Shown here piece by piece: positions 48,713-60,633 of a stretch of 64,000 bases of DNA. Below the pieces are notes generated by a model. It was not told the DNA's origin. It was given only the letters and a program-made list of their open reading frames with translations, and searched no databases. The position numbers and the translations under genes were made by a program. The first letter of the stretch is position 1. Each line of letters opens with the position of its first letter. The stretch covers positions 97,092,001 through 97,156,000 of the forward strand of contig NC_135811.1 of the NCBI RefSeq assembly GCF_964213995.1, written 5' to 3'. This DNA is from Mustelus asterias. Taxonomy: Eukaryota.

Positions 48713-49649
48713 GTAGCAGAATTCCATGATAGCAGCAACAGAATTTCCTCAGGGTGAAGCAGAGTGCATGCAAGCCCAGTTGCTTTGGGAAAAGAGGAGA
48801 GAGATTCTTCAGGTGGAGTGTGGCATGGAGTGGGACTAAGCAGATAGATTTCCTGAGACAGGAAAGTGGCAGGGTTTGGTGGAATGATGTAATGTGTTGC
48901 AGAAAAACCCGAAAGGTCATATTTGGATTTTTTTTTGAGGGGCAGCCTGAGAGCAGAAATTAAAACGGGAAAATCTCCACAAAGTTGTCATAGGGCAAGA
49001 TTGGAATTGATCCAAACGAGAATAGTTGAGAGTTATTGACACTGCACAAAATAAATACACAGCAGTGAATGACAAGATAAGTTATTGAATTTGTAACTAC
49101 AGAAAAAATCCCTTGTGGCAGTAACTATATTGTTCACCATTGTCCTGGTACATTACACAAGTTTCAGCAAGATCACGTGGAAAACACAAACACTGCCTTT
49201 AGACAAAAATAAAATAAATTGTGTTTTAGAATGGATGTGCCCTGATTAGCAACATGGTGTGATAAATATGCCCACTTGGCTCTGAGGATAGCTCCCTAGT
49301 GTCTTAGTGAATTATTCAATCAGAATGCCTCTCTGAGATATTTATCGTGTTATATATAGTTGGTCACAACACTTCTATTTACTGGGTACCGCTGAAATCT
49401 GTGTCCTATAAACCCACACAAAAGTAGTGCTTTTATATTGAATTATTACCGCAAGTCCTCATCCAGACATTTATTGTGTGCAATACAGTTTGGTTAGGCA
49501 GTTCCAAGAGTTACTGCCAGGTAATATTCTACTCGCCTGTGGTTGTAAATAACGAGTAGTGTGCTTTTATAACATCAATCATCAGAACCCGAGTCAAATC
49601 TAGAATAAATAGGCCTGTGTTTAAGACAACTTGGAGAAATTCAGATAAG

Positions 49650-50013
49650 TTTCAAGTTTATTTATTAGTGTCACAAGTAGGCTTGCATTAACACTGCAAT
49701 GAAGTTACTGTGAAAACCGTGCTTTTACCATGGCTAATCCACGTAACCTGCACATCTTCAGACACGAAGGGGTAATTTAGCATGGCCACACTCCAACGCC
49801 TGTTCGAGTACACTGAGGGAGAATTCAGCATGGCCAATGCACCTAACCAGCACGTCTTTTGGACTCTGGGAGGAAACTAGAGCACCTGGAGGAAACCCAC
49901 GCAGATACGGGGAGAATGTGCAGACTCCGCACATGCGGTGACCAAGCCAGGAAGTGAACCCGGGTCCCTGGCATTGAGGCAGCAGTGCTAACCACTAAGC
50001 CACCGTGCCGCCC
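49650..50013 (-). mobile_element. tRNA-derived SINE, tail B with an internal tail-A-like segment
   Basis: Reverse-complement SINE; extra ~70 nt at 49720-49790. Confidence 0.7.
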
Positions 50014-51102
50014 AGACTGGAAATTGCAGGAGTTTTACTCCAAGATTTATCTTCAGTCTTGAGAAGTGCTGCATCTTTTTTGCATGATATTCTTACTGGT
50101 TAATATCTAAATAATAGCAATCAATTGCTAATATCATCAGATGTTGTTTAACAGTTTGTTTTGAAAGAGTGCAAGTTCCTCGAATTAAAACACATGATTT
50201 AAACTGAAGTTCTATTATACTCTTTAAGTTACAGCTTTTTGTGTTGTGTCTGCTGCTGAGAAACACACAAAAGGCCTTATTTATTTTTGTAACAATTCAT
50301 ATATCTGCATTCTTGCTTGGTTCAGCTGATTGCATGTTTTATACACTTGAATATTCATTCATGAATAGAAACTGCAGTATTATGTGAACAAATATATACA
50401 TAATCAATTGAACTTGGTTATATTCATTCCTTCTTATGGTCACAAAGTTACTAGTGACCGGTGTCAGATTGAATGGTTTAATTTTAATTTTCCCCACACA
50501 CTGAGAACCATAGAATGGTTACAACACAGAAAGAGGCCATTCAGTCCATCCTGCCCATGCCAACTTTCTATGCCAACAGCTCAGCTAGTCCCAATCCCTT
50601 GACCTTTCCTCATAATTTTGTTCTTTTTAGGTGTGCTTCCAGTTCTCTTTTCAAATTCCTGATTGAGTCTGCCCTCCCCAACGTTCTCGGGCACCTCATT
50701 CCAGATCCCAGCCACGCAATGTTTTTTTTTTTGAAAGTCACTTTAAATCGATGTCTCTGGTTCTCAACGCTCCCACCTCCCTATCTACTGCACCCCTTTA
50801 TTTCGAACAGTTTTACTAAATCTGCTCTCAGCCTTTTCTTTAAGAAAATACTTCCAGCTTCAATTTATCCTCATAACTGAAGTGTCTTTCCTGCGTCCCT
50901 TCTAAAGCCTTTCCATTTTGCCTAAAACCCAGAATTGAACACAATACTCCAGGTGAGGCTGAGCCAGTGTTTTATGCAAGTTTACCATGGGAGTTGTATG
51001 GTTGTCATGATGTGGAGATGCCGGCGTTGGACTGGGGTGAACACAGTAAGACGTTTAACAACACCAGGTTAAAGTCCAACAGGTTTATTTGGTATCAAAA
51101 GC

Positions 51103-51139
51103 CACAAGCTTTCGGAGCCTTAAGCTCCTTCTTCAGGTG
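51103..51139 (-). ncRNA. Minimal hammerhead ribozyme motif
   Basis: CAC-CUGAAGA-A-GGAGC-UUAAG-GCUCC-GAAA-GCU-U-GUG. Confidence 0.72.
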
Positions 51140-53443
51140 AGTGGGAATTCTGTTCACAAACAGGGCATATAAAGACACAAACTCAATTTACAGAATAATG
51201 GTTGGAATGTGAATACTTACAGCTAATCAAGTCTTAAAGGTACAAACAATGTGAGTGGAGAGAGCATGGTATTGTCTCCAGACAGGACAGCCAGTGAGAT
51301 TCTGCAAGTCCAGGCAAGCTGTGGGGATTACAGATAGTGTGACATGAACCCAATATCCTGGTTGAGGCCGTCCTCATGTGTGCGGAACTTGGCTATCAGT
51401 TTCTGCTCAGCGACTCTGCGCCGTCGTGTGTCGTGAAGGCCACCTTGGAGATCGCTTACCCGAATATCAGAGGCCGAATGCCCGTGACCGCTGAAGTGCT
51501 CCCGAACAGGAAGAGAACAGTCTTGCCTGGTGATTGTCGAGCGGTGTTCATTCATCTGTTGTCGCAGCGTCTGCATGGTTTCCCCAATGTACCATGCCTC
51601 GGGACATCCTTTCCTGCAGCGTATCAGGTAGACAAGGTTGGCCGAGTTGCAAGAGTATGTACCGTGTACCTGGTGGATGGTGTTCTCACATGAGATGATG
51701 GCATCTGTGTCGATGATCCGGCACGTCTTGCAGAGGTTGCTGTGACAGGGTTCTGTGGTGTTGTGGTCACTGTTCTCCTGAAGGCTGGTTAGTTTGCTGC
51801 GGACAATGGTCTGTTTTGAGGTTGTGCGGTTGTTTGAAGGCAAGAAGTAGGGGTGTGGGGATGGCCTTGGCGAGATGTTCGTCTTCATCAATGACATGTT
51901 GAAGGCTCCGGAGGAGATGCCGTAGCTTCTCCGCTCCGGGGAAGTACTGGACGACAAAGGATACTCTGTCCACTGTGCCCCGTGTTTGTCTTCTGAGGAG
52001 GTCGGTGCGGTTTTTTGCTGTGGTGCGTCGGAACTGTCGATCGATGAGTCAAGTGGCATATCCTGTTCTTATGAGGGCATCTTTAAGCGTCTGGAGGTGA
52101 CAGTTGCGATCCTCCTCATCCGAGCAGATCCTGTGTATACGGAGGGCTTGTCCGTAGGGGATGGCTTCTTTAACGTGTGTAGGGTGGAAGCTGGAGAAGT
52201 GGGGCATCGTGAGGTTATCCGTGGGCTTGCGGTATAGTGAGGTGCTGAGGTGACCGTCCTTAATGGAGATGCGTGTGTCCAAGAATGCAACTGATTCCGG
52301 AGAGTAGTCCATGGTGAGTCTGATGGTGGGATGGAACTTGTTGATGTCATCATATAGTTGTTTCAGTGATTGTTCACCATGAGTCCAAAGGAAGAAAATG
52401 TCATCGATGTATCTAGCGTATAGCATCAGTTGAAGGTCCTGTGCGGTGAAGAAGTCTTATTCGAGCCTGTGCATGAAGATGTTGGCATATTGAGGTGTGA
52501 ATTTGGTCCCCATGGCTGTTCCGTGTGTCTGGATGAAGAACTGGTTGTTGAAGGTGAAGACATTGTAGTCCAGGATGAAGCGGATGAGTCGTAAAATTGC
52601 TTCCGGAAACTGGCAGTTGTCGGCGCTGAGCATTGAGGCAGTTGCAGCAATGCCATCATCGTGGGAGATGCTGGCGTAGAGTGCCGAGACATCCATTGTG
52701 ACGAGGAGTGCTCCTGGTTCAACTGCTCCATGTGTGCCGAGTTTCTGTAGGAAGTCCATAGTGTCGCGGCAAAAGCTGGGGGTTCTTTGTACAATGGGTT
52801 TCAGGATGCCCTCGACATAGCTGGAGAGGTTCTCGCACAGAGTCCCATTGCCCGATATAATGGGACAGATGCCATCATCTCACGTGAGAACACCATCCAC
52901 CAGGTACACGGTACATACTCTTGCAACTCGGCCAACCTTGTCTACCTGATACGCTGCAGGAAAGGATGTCCCAAGGCATGATACATTGGGGAAACCATGC
53001 AGACGCTGCGACAACAGATGAATGAACACCACTCGACAATCACCAGGCAAGACTGTTCTCTTCCTGTTGGGGAGCACTTCAGCGGTCACGGGTATTCGGG
53101 TAAGCGTTCTCCAAGGTGGCCTTCACGACACACGACAGCGCAGAGTCGCTGAGCAGAAACTGATAGCCAAGTTCCGCACACATGAGGACAGCCTAAACCA
53201 GGATATTGGGTTCATGTCACGCTATCTGTAATCCCCACAGCTTGCCTGGACTTGCAGAATCTCACTGGCTGTCCTGTCTGGAGACAATACACGTCTTTTT
53301 CATCTGTCTTAATGCTCTCTCCACTCACATTGTTTGTTTGTACCTTTAAGACTTGATTAGCTGTAAGTATTCGCATTCCAACCATTATTCTGTAAATTGA
53401 GTTTGTGTCTTTATATGCCCTGTTTGTGAACAGAATTCCCACT

Positions 53444-53478
53444 CACCTGACGAAGGAGCAGCGCTCCGAAAGCTTGTG
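53444..53478 (+). ncRNA. Minimal hammerhead ribozyme motif, sense to KAT2A pre-mRNA
   Basis: CAC-CUGACGA-A-GGAGC-AGC-GCUCC-GAAA-GCU-U-GUG. Confidence 0.75.
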
Positions 53479-53763
53479 GCTTTTGCTACCAAATAAACCT
53501 GTTGGACTTTAACCTGGTGTTGTTAAACTTACTGAGTTGTATGGTTACCAAGGAACTGAGTAATCAATTAATAAATTGATTAAAACCCTTTACACTCAAT
53601 GCATCATTTCGTCCAGCCCCCTTCCATGTCAAAATGTACAGAAGTTTAAATAATACTGACCTGCATTTATTTTTATGAGAAGAATCCCTGCTGAACAAGA
53701 TGTTTATAATTAGTGCAGCTATTATTGACATTTTCAGTAATATTTCATATAATTTCTCTCTAG

Positions 53764-53887
53764 GCTAATGATACCTGTAAATGCAATGGCTGGAAAAACC
53801 CAAACCCTCCTACAGCCCCAAGGATGGACATTCAGCAGCCAGCTGCCAGTCTGAGTGAGCTCTGTCGCAGTTGCGGGCATACGTTAG
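53764..53887 (+). CDS. KAT2A: KAT2A exon 2
   Basis: tag|ANDTCKCNGWKNPNPPTAPRMDIQQPAASLSELCRSCGHTL|gtaact; the PPTAPRMD...LSELCRSC sequence is KAT2A-type. Confidence 0.95.
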
Positions 53888-53990
53888 GTAACTATTTTTG
53901 TGGACCGAGGTTTCACTGTGATGCTTAAAACTTGTAATTTGGTGGTTCAACAACTTGGCGAATGTCCCACCTATTTCTTGGACTTGGGTT

Positions 53991-54055
53991 TGAGGACGGC
54001 CTAAACCAGGATATTGGGTTCATGTCACACTATCTGTAATCCCCACAGCTTGCCT
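53991..54055 (+). repeat. 65-bp PLE fragment just downstream of KAT2A exon 2
   Basis: tgaggacggcctaaaccaggatattgggttcatgtcacactatctgtaatccccacagcttgcct matches 53183-53247 and the reverse complement of ~51312-51376. Confidence 0.85.
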
Positions 54056-54973
54056 CTACTTCAGTCCGGCGTGATGGAATGAAAGCTTTCTGTCTTCGGG
54101 TGCAAGTGCAATGAGTTTTTAATCGGTGTGCCTGGGTCCACAGTGTATAACTGTTCAATATTCAGCACAATGAGCACACAATTGTTGACCTCCCCCACTG
54201 AGCAAATAAAGGTGGCTCGTGTGAAAAGTAGGGTGGCTGGGATGGGCACAGAAGAGTCATCTTTCAAGGCTGACATTTGCTCAGGAATGATGCCCATGCA
54301 GTGATTTCTTTTCAATGTGGTAAGTTTGCCTGTGCCTGAGGGAAGGACGTGCAAACTTAATACTTTCACACAAGGACGCAGTGGAGCATTAGAAGACGGC
54401 TTACTATTGGTCAGTTGTCAACTAGCATGGTGAAAGTTTTGAGGAAATTATCGGCATTGTTCAGTTAAATAAGAAGCCATTTTGAATGTAGTTGTACTCC
54501 GCTGCACGTAAGGAATTGATATAGAAGTGAGCAACACTTCATTTTAAAATTCTCATCCATATTTTCAAATTCTTCCATGATCTTGCTCCTGCTATTTATG
54601 TAACCTCCTCCTGCTCTACAATCCATTGCAATATCTGTGATCCTCCAATTCAGGCCTTGTGCACACCTCTGATTTTAATTACTTATTCCTTAATGCCTTT
54701 AGTTACTGAGGACCGAAGCTCAGAACTTCCCTCCCTAAGACTCTCCGCCCCATTACCTTATTTTTCTCTTTCAAAATGCTCCAAGGAACACACCTACCTA
54801 TGACTTGGTGTTAAATTTTGTTTGATAATGCTTGCATGGGCCTTTTTAGCACATTAAAGGTGCTGTAGAAATGCACATGTACTGTAGAAATAAGATCCTA
54901 TTTCAAAATAATTTGCGTAGAGAGGTAAATAAATGTCTCATAAGTCTCACATTTTTTTATGTTTGACCATTAG

Positions 54974-55119
54974 CGGACCATGTTTCTCACTTGGATAATG
55001 TCTCAGAAGATGAGATTAACAGGCTGCTTGGGATGGTGGTGGATGTGGAGAATCTATTCATGTCAGTTCACAAAGAGGAGGACACTGACACAAAACAAGT
55101 CTACTTCTATCTTTTCAAG
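54974..55119 (+). CDS. KAT2A: KAT2A exon 3
   Basis: tag|(A)[48 protein letters not shown]|gtaag. Confidence 0.95.
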
Positions 55120-55499
55120 GTAAGTCTGAAAGGTACTCTGGCTGATCTAACAACCTGGGAAATTGGTGCTACAGCTTTGTATTTCCTGTGTTGAATAAGA
55201 TATTTACTAAGCATCGGTTAAGTCTAAAAAATGTCCCTTTGACTACATGTATGAGGCATGTTGCAGTGGCAGTGGTGTGTTGTGGGGCTCACTTTCCAAA
55301 TGTGAGAAACTCAATTAATGAACTTGGGTGTCCTATGGTCTTATGAGTAAAATAAACCATAACTGCTGCAGCAGTGCAATATCTCATTGCGTATCCTGTT
55401 CTCACGTGAAAATGTTTATCGCTAGTTTTGAAACTTTGAGATTGCGAAATATTGAATAGTTTTGTGTGAACATTCGTACACATACTACTTTTAAGGTTA

Positions 55500-55778
55500 A
55501 AGATTATTTATTAGTGTCACAAGTAGGCTTACATTAACACTGCAATGAAGTTACTGTGAAAATCCCCTAGTCGCCACACTCCGGTACCTGTTTGGGTACG
55601 CTGAGGGAGAATTTTAGCACAGCCAATGCACCTAACCACATCTTTCGGACTGTGGGAGGAAACCAGAGCACCCGGGGGAAACCAGCACAGACACTGGGAG
55701 AAAGTGCAGACTCCGCACAGAGTGTGACCCAAGCCGGGAATCAAACCCGGGTCCCTGGCGCTGTGAGGCAGCAGTGCT
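55500..55778 (-). mobile_element. tRNA-derived SINE, tail type B
   Basis: Reverse-complement SINE. Confidence 0.8.
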
Positions 55779-56732
55779 ATTTGTAACTATTTCAGTTGTA
55801 AGATTTCAGGAAAAAGGAAAGGAAGCACTGGCCTTTCAGGTTGTCTGAACCTGCTTACGTTACTTGTTGAAATGTAATCAATGTTATAATGTGGGGATAA
55901 CAGTGCAATTAACATGGACATAGCAAGGTGCCACAAACAGCGATAAGATAGATGACCTGACAAGTGATGTTAGTTCAGGAATAAATGGTGGACTAGGACA
56001 AGAGGTGAGCTGCCACACTGTTCTTCGAATAGTGCCATGGGATTTTTGAGAGGACAGAGGGCACTTTGGTTTAATGTCTCGGTCAAAAGATGGTCCTTCT
56101 GGAAATACATCACTCTATTGAATACCAGCTTAAGTGATATGCTCAAGTTTCAGGCGTGAGGCTTGAATTGACAACCTTCTAACTATGATGAGAATTCAAT
56201 TATTAAGCCCCAAGGGTAAAGTAATGGCATTAAATAGAAGAATTGAGAATATGCGAAGTACGTAATACATGTTGATAATGTTTGAGGTAATAGATCTAGG
56301 GTTTAGTGGATAGCTTGTTACAATTCTCTGTTCAATGTTCACAGGTGGCCTCAAAAGCAAATAGTGCATAGCTGGAGATGATGATGAATTATATCTGGAC
56401 TTGGTGAGGGCATGTTCAGTTCTTGCCCCACCGTGTGGTGGAATTACTGTTGGGATTTCAGAGGAGAGTTAGTAAATTGGCTCCTGGAATTAGAAAGTGG
56501 GCCGAACTTCACTCCCTAGAGAATAGAAAGACGAGGTGTGTTTGGTAGAATTCTTCAAGATTTTCCCAGGAATGGCAAATTTGGAAGTTCTGTCAAGCAC
56601 ATGATTTGAGGACTGGGAATATAGATTAAAATCGCGAGTGCTGGAATAAATAATGATGTACAATTTTCTTTGGAAAGGATGATAGATTTGCAGAATGAAT
56701 TTAATCAGTGCTATTGGACGATGAAATATAAT

Positions 56733-57045
56733 CATAGAATCCCTACAGTGCAGAAGGAGGCCATTCAGCCCATCGAACCTGCACCGACAGCAATCCCACC
56801 CTGGCCCTATCCCCCTAACACCAAGTATTTACCCTGCTAGCCCCCCTGACATTAAGGGGCAATTTAGCATGGCCAATCCATCTAACCCGCACGTCTTTAG
56901 ATTGTGGGAGGAAACCGGAGCATCCGGAGGAAACCCAAGCAGACACAGGAGGAAGTGCAAACTCCACACAGGCAATGACCTGAGGCTGGAATTGAATCCG
57001 GGTCTCTGGCGCTGTGAGGTAGCAGTGCTAACCACCGTGCTACCC
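56733..57045 (-). mobile_element. tRNA-derived SINE, tail type A
   Basis: Reverse-complement SINE. Confidence 0.8.
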
Positions 57046-57582
57046 ATCTGATCATGTATTAATAATAACGTCTGGTCATGTATTAAAATATCTGGATGAA
57101 TTCCTATTACTATGTAGGATATAGAACTATTAATTCCAGAATCACAGGACAGGCTCCAATAGAAGATTTGGAAGTGTAGACTAGAATCAATGATCAGTTC
57201 AAAACAATCAGTAAAAACAAAATTCTGGTATTACTCAGCAGGTCAAGTGACATCTGTCAAGTAACCTTTCCTGAGTTGGTGTTTGGTTTTTGTATGTTGC
57301 TGCTGTTTGAGAAATGTACAATTTGTCTGTTGACTTTTAGACATCAAGTGGAACAGACTTGTAAGCAATGTGCGTATAACATTAAAGCTCTCCAGACAAG
57401 TTGGATTAAGTGAAGAAAACAAGCATTTTTATAAAGTTGTGCAATGTGTACCAAGCAGCAAACCAAACATTCCAATGCAATGTACAATATGAAGCTGCAG
57501 GTACTTAAATTGCATTCCATTTGCACTGTATTTTCACACATTGTAATGAGGCAAGTAGCTGACTTTCTTTCCTCCTTGTTAG

Positions 57583-57672
57583 CTTTTACGGAAATGTATC
57601 TTGCAAATGGCACGCCCTGTGGTAGAAGGAAAGTTGGGAAGCCCTCCATTTGAAAAACCAAGCATCGAGCAG
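57583..57672 (+). CDS. KAT2A: KAT2A exon 4
   Basis: tag|LLRKCILQMARPVVEGKLGSPPFEKPSIEQ|gtgag. Confidence 0.95.
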
Positions 57673-58988
57673 GTGAGGTTTTGTGACTGGAAGTTTGAGT
57701 GTGGTTGTAGTTTTGGCTGGATTATGAGTGCTGGATCAGAATGTTCCATTCATAATCTAAATCTTAAGCATCACTGATTAAACTTCGAGGGAGTGAAAAT
57801 AGTCTTTTATCAAAAATAGCAAGGCAATAAATACTTGTGGCTAAAATGTAAAATCTTGGTTGTGACGTAGGAAGAATCTAAGAGTTGTAAATGTTGTGGG
57901 CTGAAATGTCTGAGCGCAAAGACACTGCAGTTTACCTTTAGTCTTCTGGATTGATTGTTTCATTACTAAATGTATTGATGTGCTTGCATTTTAAATAAGC
58001 CAAGGAGTATATTTTGCAGAAATTATTCATTGTTTTGCAGAAGAATTTCTCAATGTTTTCACGTTTCGAAGTTGAAACCAATGGTGAGCATAGACTTTTC
58101 CTAAACAGCACTGAGCCCCCTAGATGGAGGATCTGAACCTTTTTTATTATTCACTCATGGGATATGGTTGTCACTGGCTAAGCCAGCATTTATTGCCCTT
58201 GAGAAGGTGGTGAACTGCTACAATCTATGCAGTGCTTGTATACCATTAGCGAGGGAGTGCCAGGATTTTGACCCAGTGACAGTGAACAACCGCCAATATA
58301 TTTCCAAGCCTGGATGGTGAGTGGCTTGGAAGGGAACTTGCGGGTGGTGATGTACACATGTATCTGCTGCCCTTGTCCTTCCAGGTGGTTGTGGGTTTGG
58401 AAGGTGCTGTTTAAGGAGCCATTGGTGAGTTCCTGCAGTGCATCTTGTAGATGTGGCATGTTGCTGCCTGTGCGTTGGTAGTGGAGGGTGTGTGTCGATA
58501 ATAGAGGGAGTGAATGGCATTCTTCTCACGAACAATCTGAGGGGCTGCTGATTGAAGAATAAGTGATGCATTGAAATGTCAGCCAAATTTATGTGGTCAA
58601 TTCACTGGAAAGGTGCATGTAATTGCAACTCGACATTGTTAAAGATTTAAATGTTGATGGAAAAAGAAGTGAAACAGAGTTTCTTGCATGTTCGACTTGG
58701 GGATAAAGGAAAAAGCTGTGGCACCACTAACTTGTCAAAATTAGCATTAGTGGGAAGGGGAGAATCCTCTAAAGAGGGTGATTGCTTTCAACCCTGTTAG
58801 TGTCTGCCTGTCTCGGGCAGCATCATGCTCAAAATTAGATGACCTCCAATTGACATTTTAACACAACTGTTTGGAATATGATGTTGGTGATATACCTACA
58901 AGGCTCCGAAAAGGCAAATTTTGATTTTTTTAATGTGCTGCTTTGCTCTTACAAAAATAATCTGGGCAGTCTGCCTTGGGCTCTCCAT

Positions 58989-59301
58989 AGTAAGAAGTCT
59001 CACAACACCAGGTTAAAGTCCAACTGATTTATTTGGCAGCACAAGCTTTCGGAGTCTTGCTCCTTCTTCAGGTGAGTGAGGAGTTGTGTTCACAAACAGG
59101 GCATATACAGACACAAACTCAATTTACAAGATAATGGTTGGAATGTGAGTCTTTACAGGTAATCAAGTCTTAAAGGTACAGACAATGTGAGTGGAGAGAG
59201 GGCCAAGCACAGGTTAAAGAGGTGTGTATTGTCTCCAGCCAGGACAGTTAGTGAGATTTTGCAAGCCCAGGTGAGTCGTGGGGGTTACAGATAGTGTGAC
59301 A
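58989..59301 (-). mobile_element. PLE pLTR fragment
   Basis: Colinear with 28892-29205; degenerate TSD ttgggctctccat / ttggctctcat. Confidence 0.82.
59040..59074 (-). ncRNA. Minimal hammerhead ribozyme motif
   Basis: CAC-CUGAAGA-A-GGAGC-AAG-ACUCC-GAAA-GCU-U-GUG. Confidence 0.62.
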
Positions 59302-59661
59302 TTTGGCTCTCATGCCATGACGGAATATTGCCCAGACACTTTCCTTGCTGTTGGAAAGGCATGCTCAAGGTCGACCAGCCTGAATTGAAAGGTTCTTTTT
59401 GGCAAGCAGCTGGTAGTTCTATTTAAATGAACCCTGGACCTCAAAATAGCTCTAACCAACTCATTTAACCAGTTGGCATCGCGAAAGTTAAAATCAATCA
59501 CAATGAGGCCAAGACTTGGTAGATGTAAAATTACGGGTGGAACAGTTAAAGGTAAAAAGTCACAGGGAACAAAGGTGAAGCATCTTTGGGGAAGGTAGCA
59601 TCAATAAATCTTGGATGTAAATGTGTGATAATTTAAATCTTTGATATTTTGTTTTTACCAG

Positions 59662-59843
59662 GGAATTTTTAATTTTGTTCAGTACAAATTCAGCCACATT
59701 CCTGCCAAAGAAAAGCAGACTATGTATGAACTTTCCAAAATGTTTCTGCTCTGTTTGAATTACTGGAAACTGGAAACTCCATCTCAGTTCCGACAGAGGT
59801 CCCAGAATGAAGATGTTGACGCGTACAAAGTTAATTATACCAG
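59662..59843 (+). CDS. KAT2A: KAT2A exon 5
   Basis: cag|GIFNFVQYKFSHIPAKEKQTMYELSKMFLLCLNYWKLETPSQFRQRSQNEDVDAYKVNYT(R)|gtatt. Confidence 0.95.
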
Positions 59844-59887
59844 GTATTGGGAAACGTTACAAGTATATTTGTGAAGTCAAATACTGG

Positions 59888-60092
59888 ATAAAAGCAAATT
59901 ACTGCGGGTGCTGGAATCCAAAACCGAAAGAGAAAACGCTGGAAAATCTCAGCAGGTCTGGCAGCATCTGTAAGGAGAGAAAAGAGCTGACGTTTCGAGT
60001 CCAGATGACAAAGCTTTGACAAAGGGTCATCTGGACTTGAAATGTCAGTTCAGTTCTCTCCTTGCAGATGCTGCCAGACCTGCTGATATTTG
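59888..60092. repeat. Palindromic dispersed repeat with mutated hammerhead-like core
   Basis: tcagcaggtctggcagcatctgtaaggagaga ... tctctccttgcagatgctgccagacctgctga arms; TTGACAA-agggtc-atctg-gactt-GAAA at ~60016-60042. Confidence 0.75.
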
Positions 60093-60633
60093 GTAAGTGT
60101 TTAGTAACGTTTTTTAGTTTTTGCTCGATGTGGTGAGGGGTGTTGATATGAGAGAAGGAAACTGTTGGTGACGGCATCAAATTCTCTCAGACTAGACATG
60201 AAATGTTTTGCCTAGCAATATGTCTCAGTCTGACTTTTAGGAGAACATTTTATTGCAACATGGTGACACTTCCAATTCCTGCAGTATTTATTGAGTTTCC
60301 TTGCCAAGTAGTGGACATTCTTGTGTTTTGGCCTCTTATGCTGTCAGAAATTGTTCGAGACTGCCACAACTCGTTTTACATTAGACTTTTGGCGCAGCGT
60401 GTAAGGGGGAGCAGATAGTGTGCAAATGGACTTTGTTATCTGAAGCAGAGGCACAGTATCTTAGTTCTTTTTGATTCAATGTTTTCTTTGTGGAGTGTCT
60501 TTCTTTTCTAAGCAGATTCAGCATGAACACCAACTGAGAGGAAAGGAACGGTGGATTGTGTCATGAAGATTGATATAATTCTTGTTTCCACAGTTGTTTT
60601 ATTTTCTAATTTTTTTCTGTTGAGCATTGTCTT

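Larger units (their letters stand above)
51004..53533 (-). mobile_element. Penelope-like element: 5'-truncated RT plus GIY-YIG, with an inverted duplicated 3' arm
   Basis: RT motifs DVSALY, GTAMGT, RYIDDIFF and GIY-YIG VYLIRC...YIGET on the minus strand (51328-52862, with frameshifts); inversion from 52863 repeats the GIY-YIG region and pLTR on the plus strand; TSD gagttgtatggtt at 50991-51003 and 53534-53546. Confidence 0.92.
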
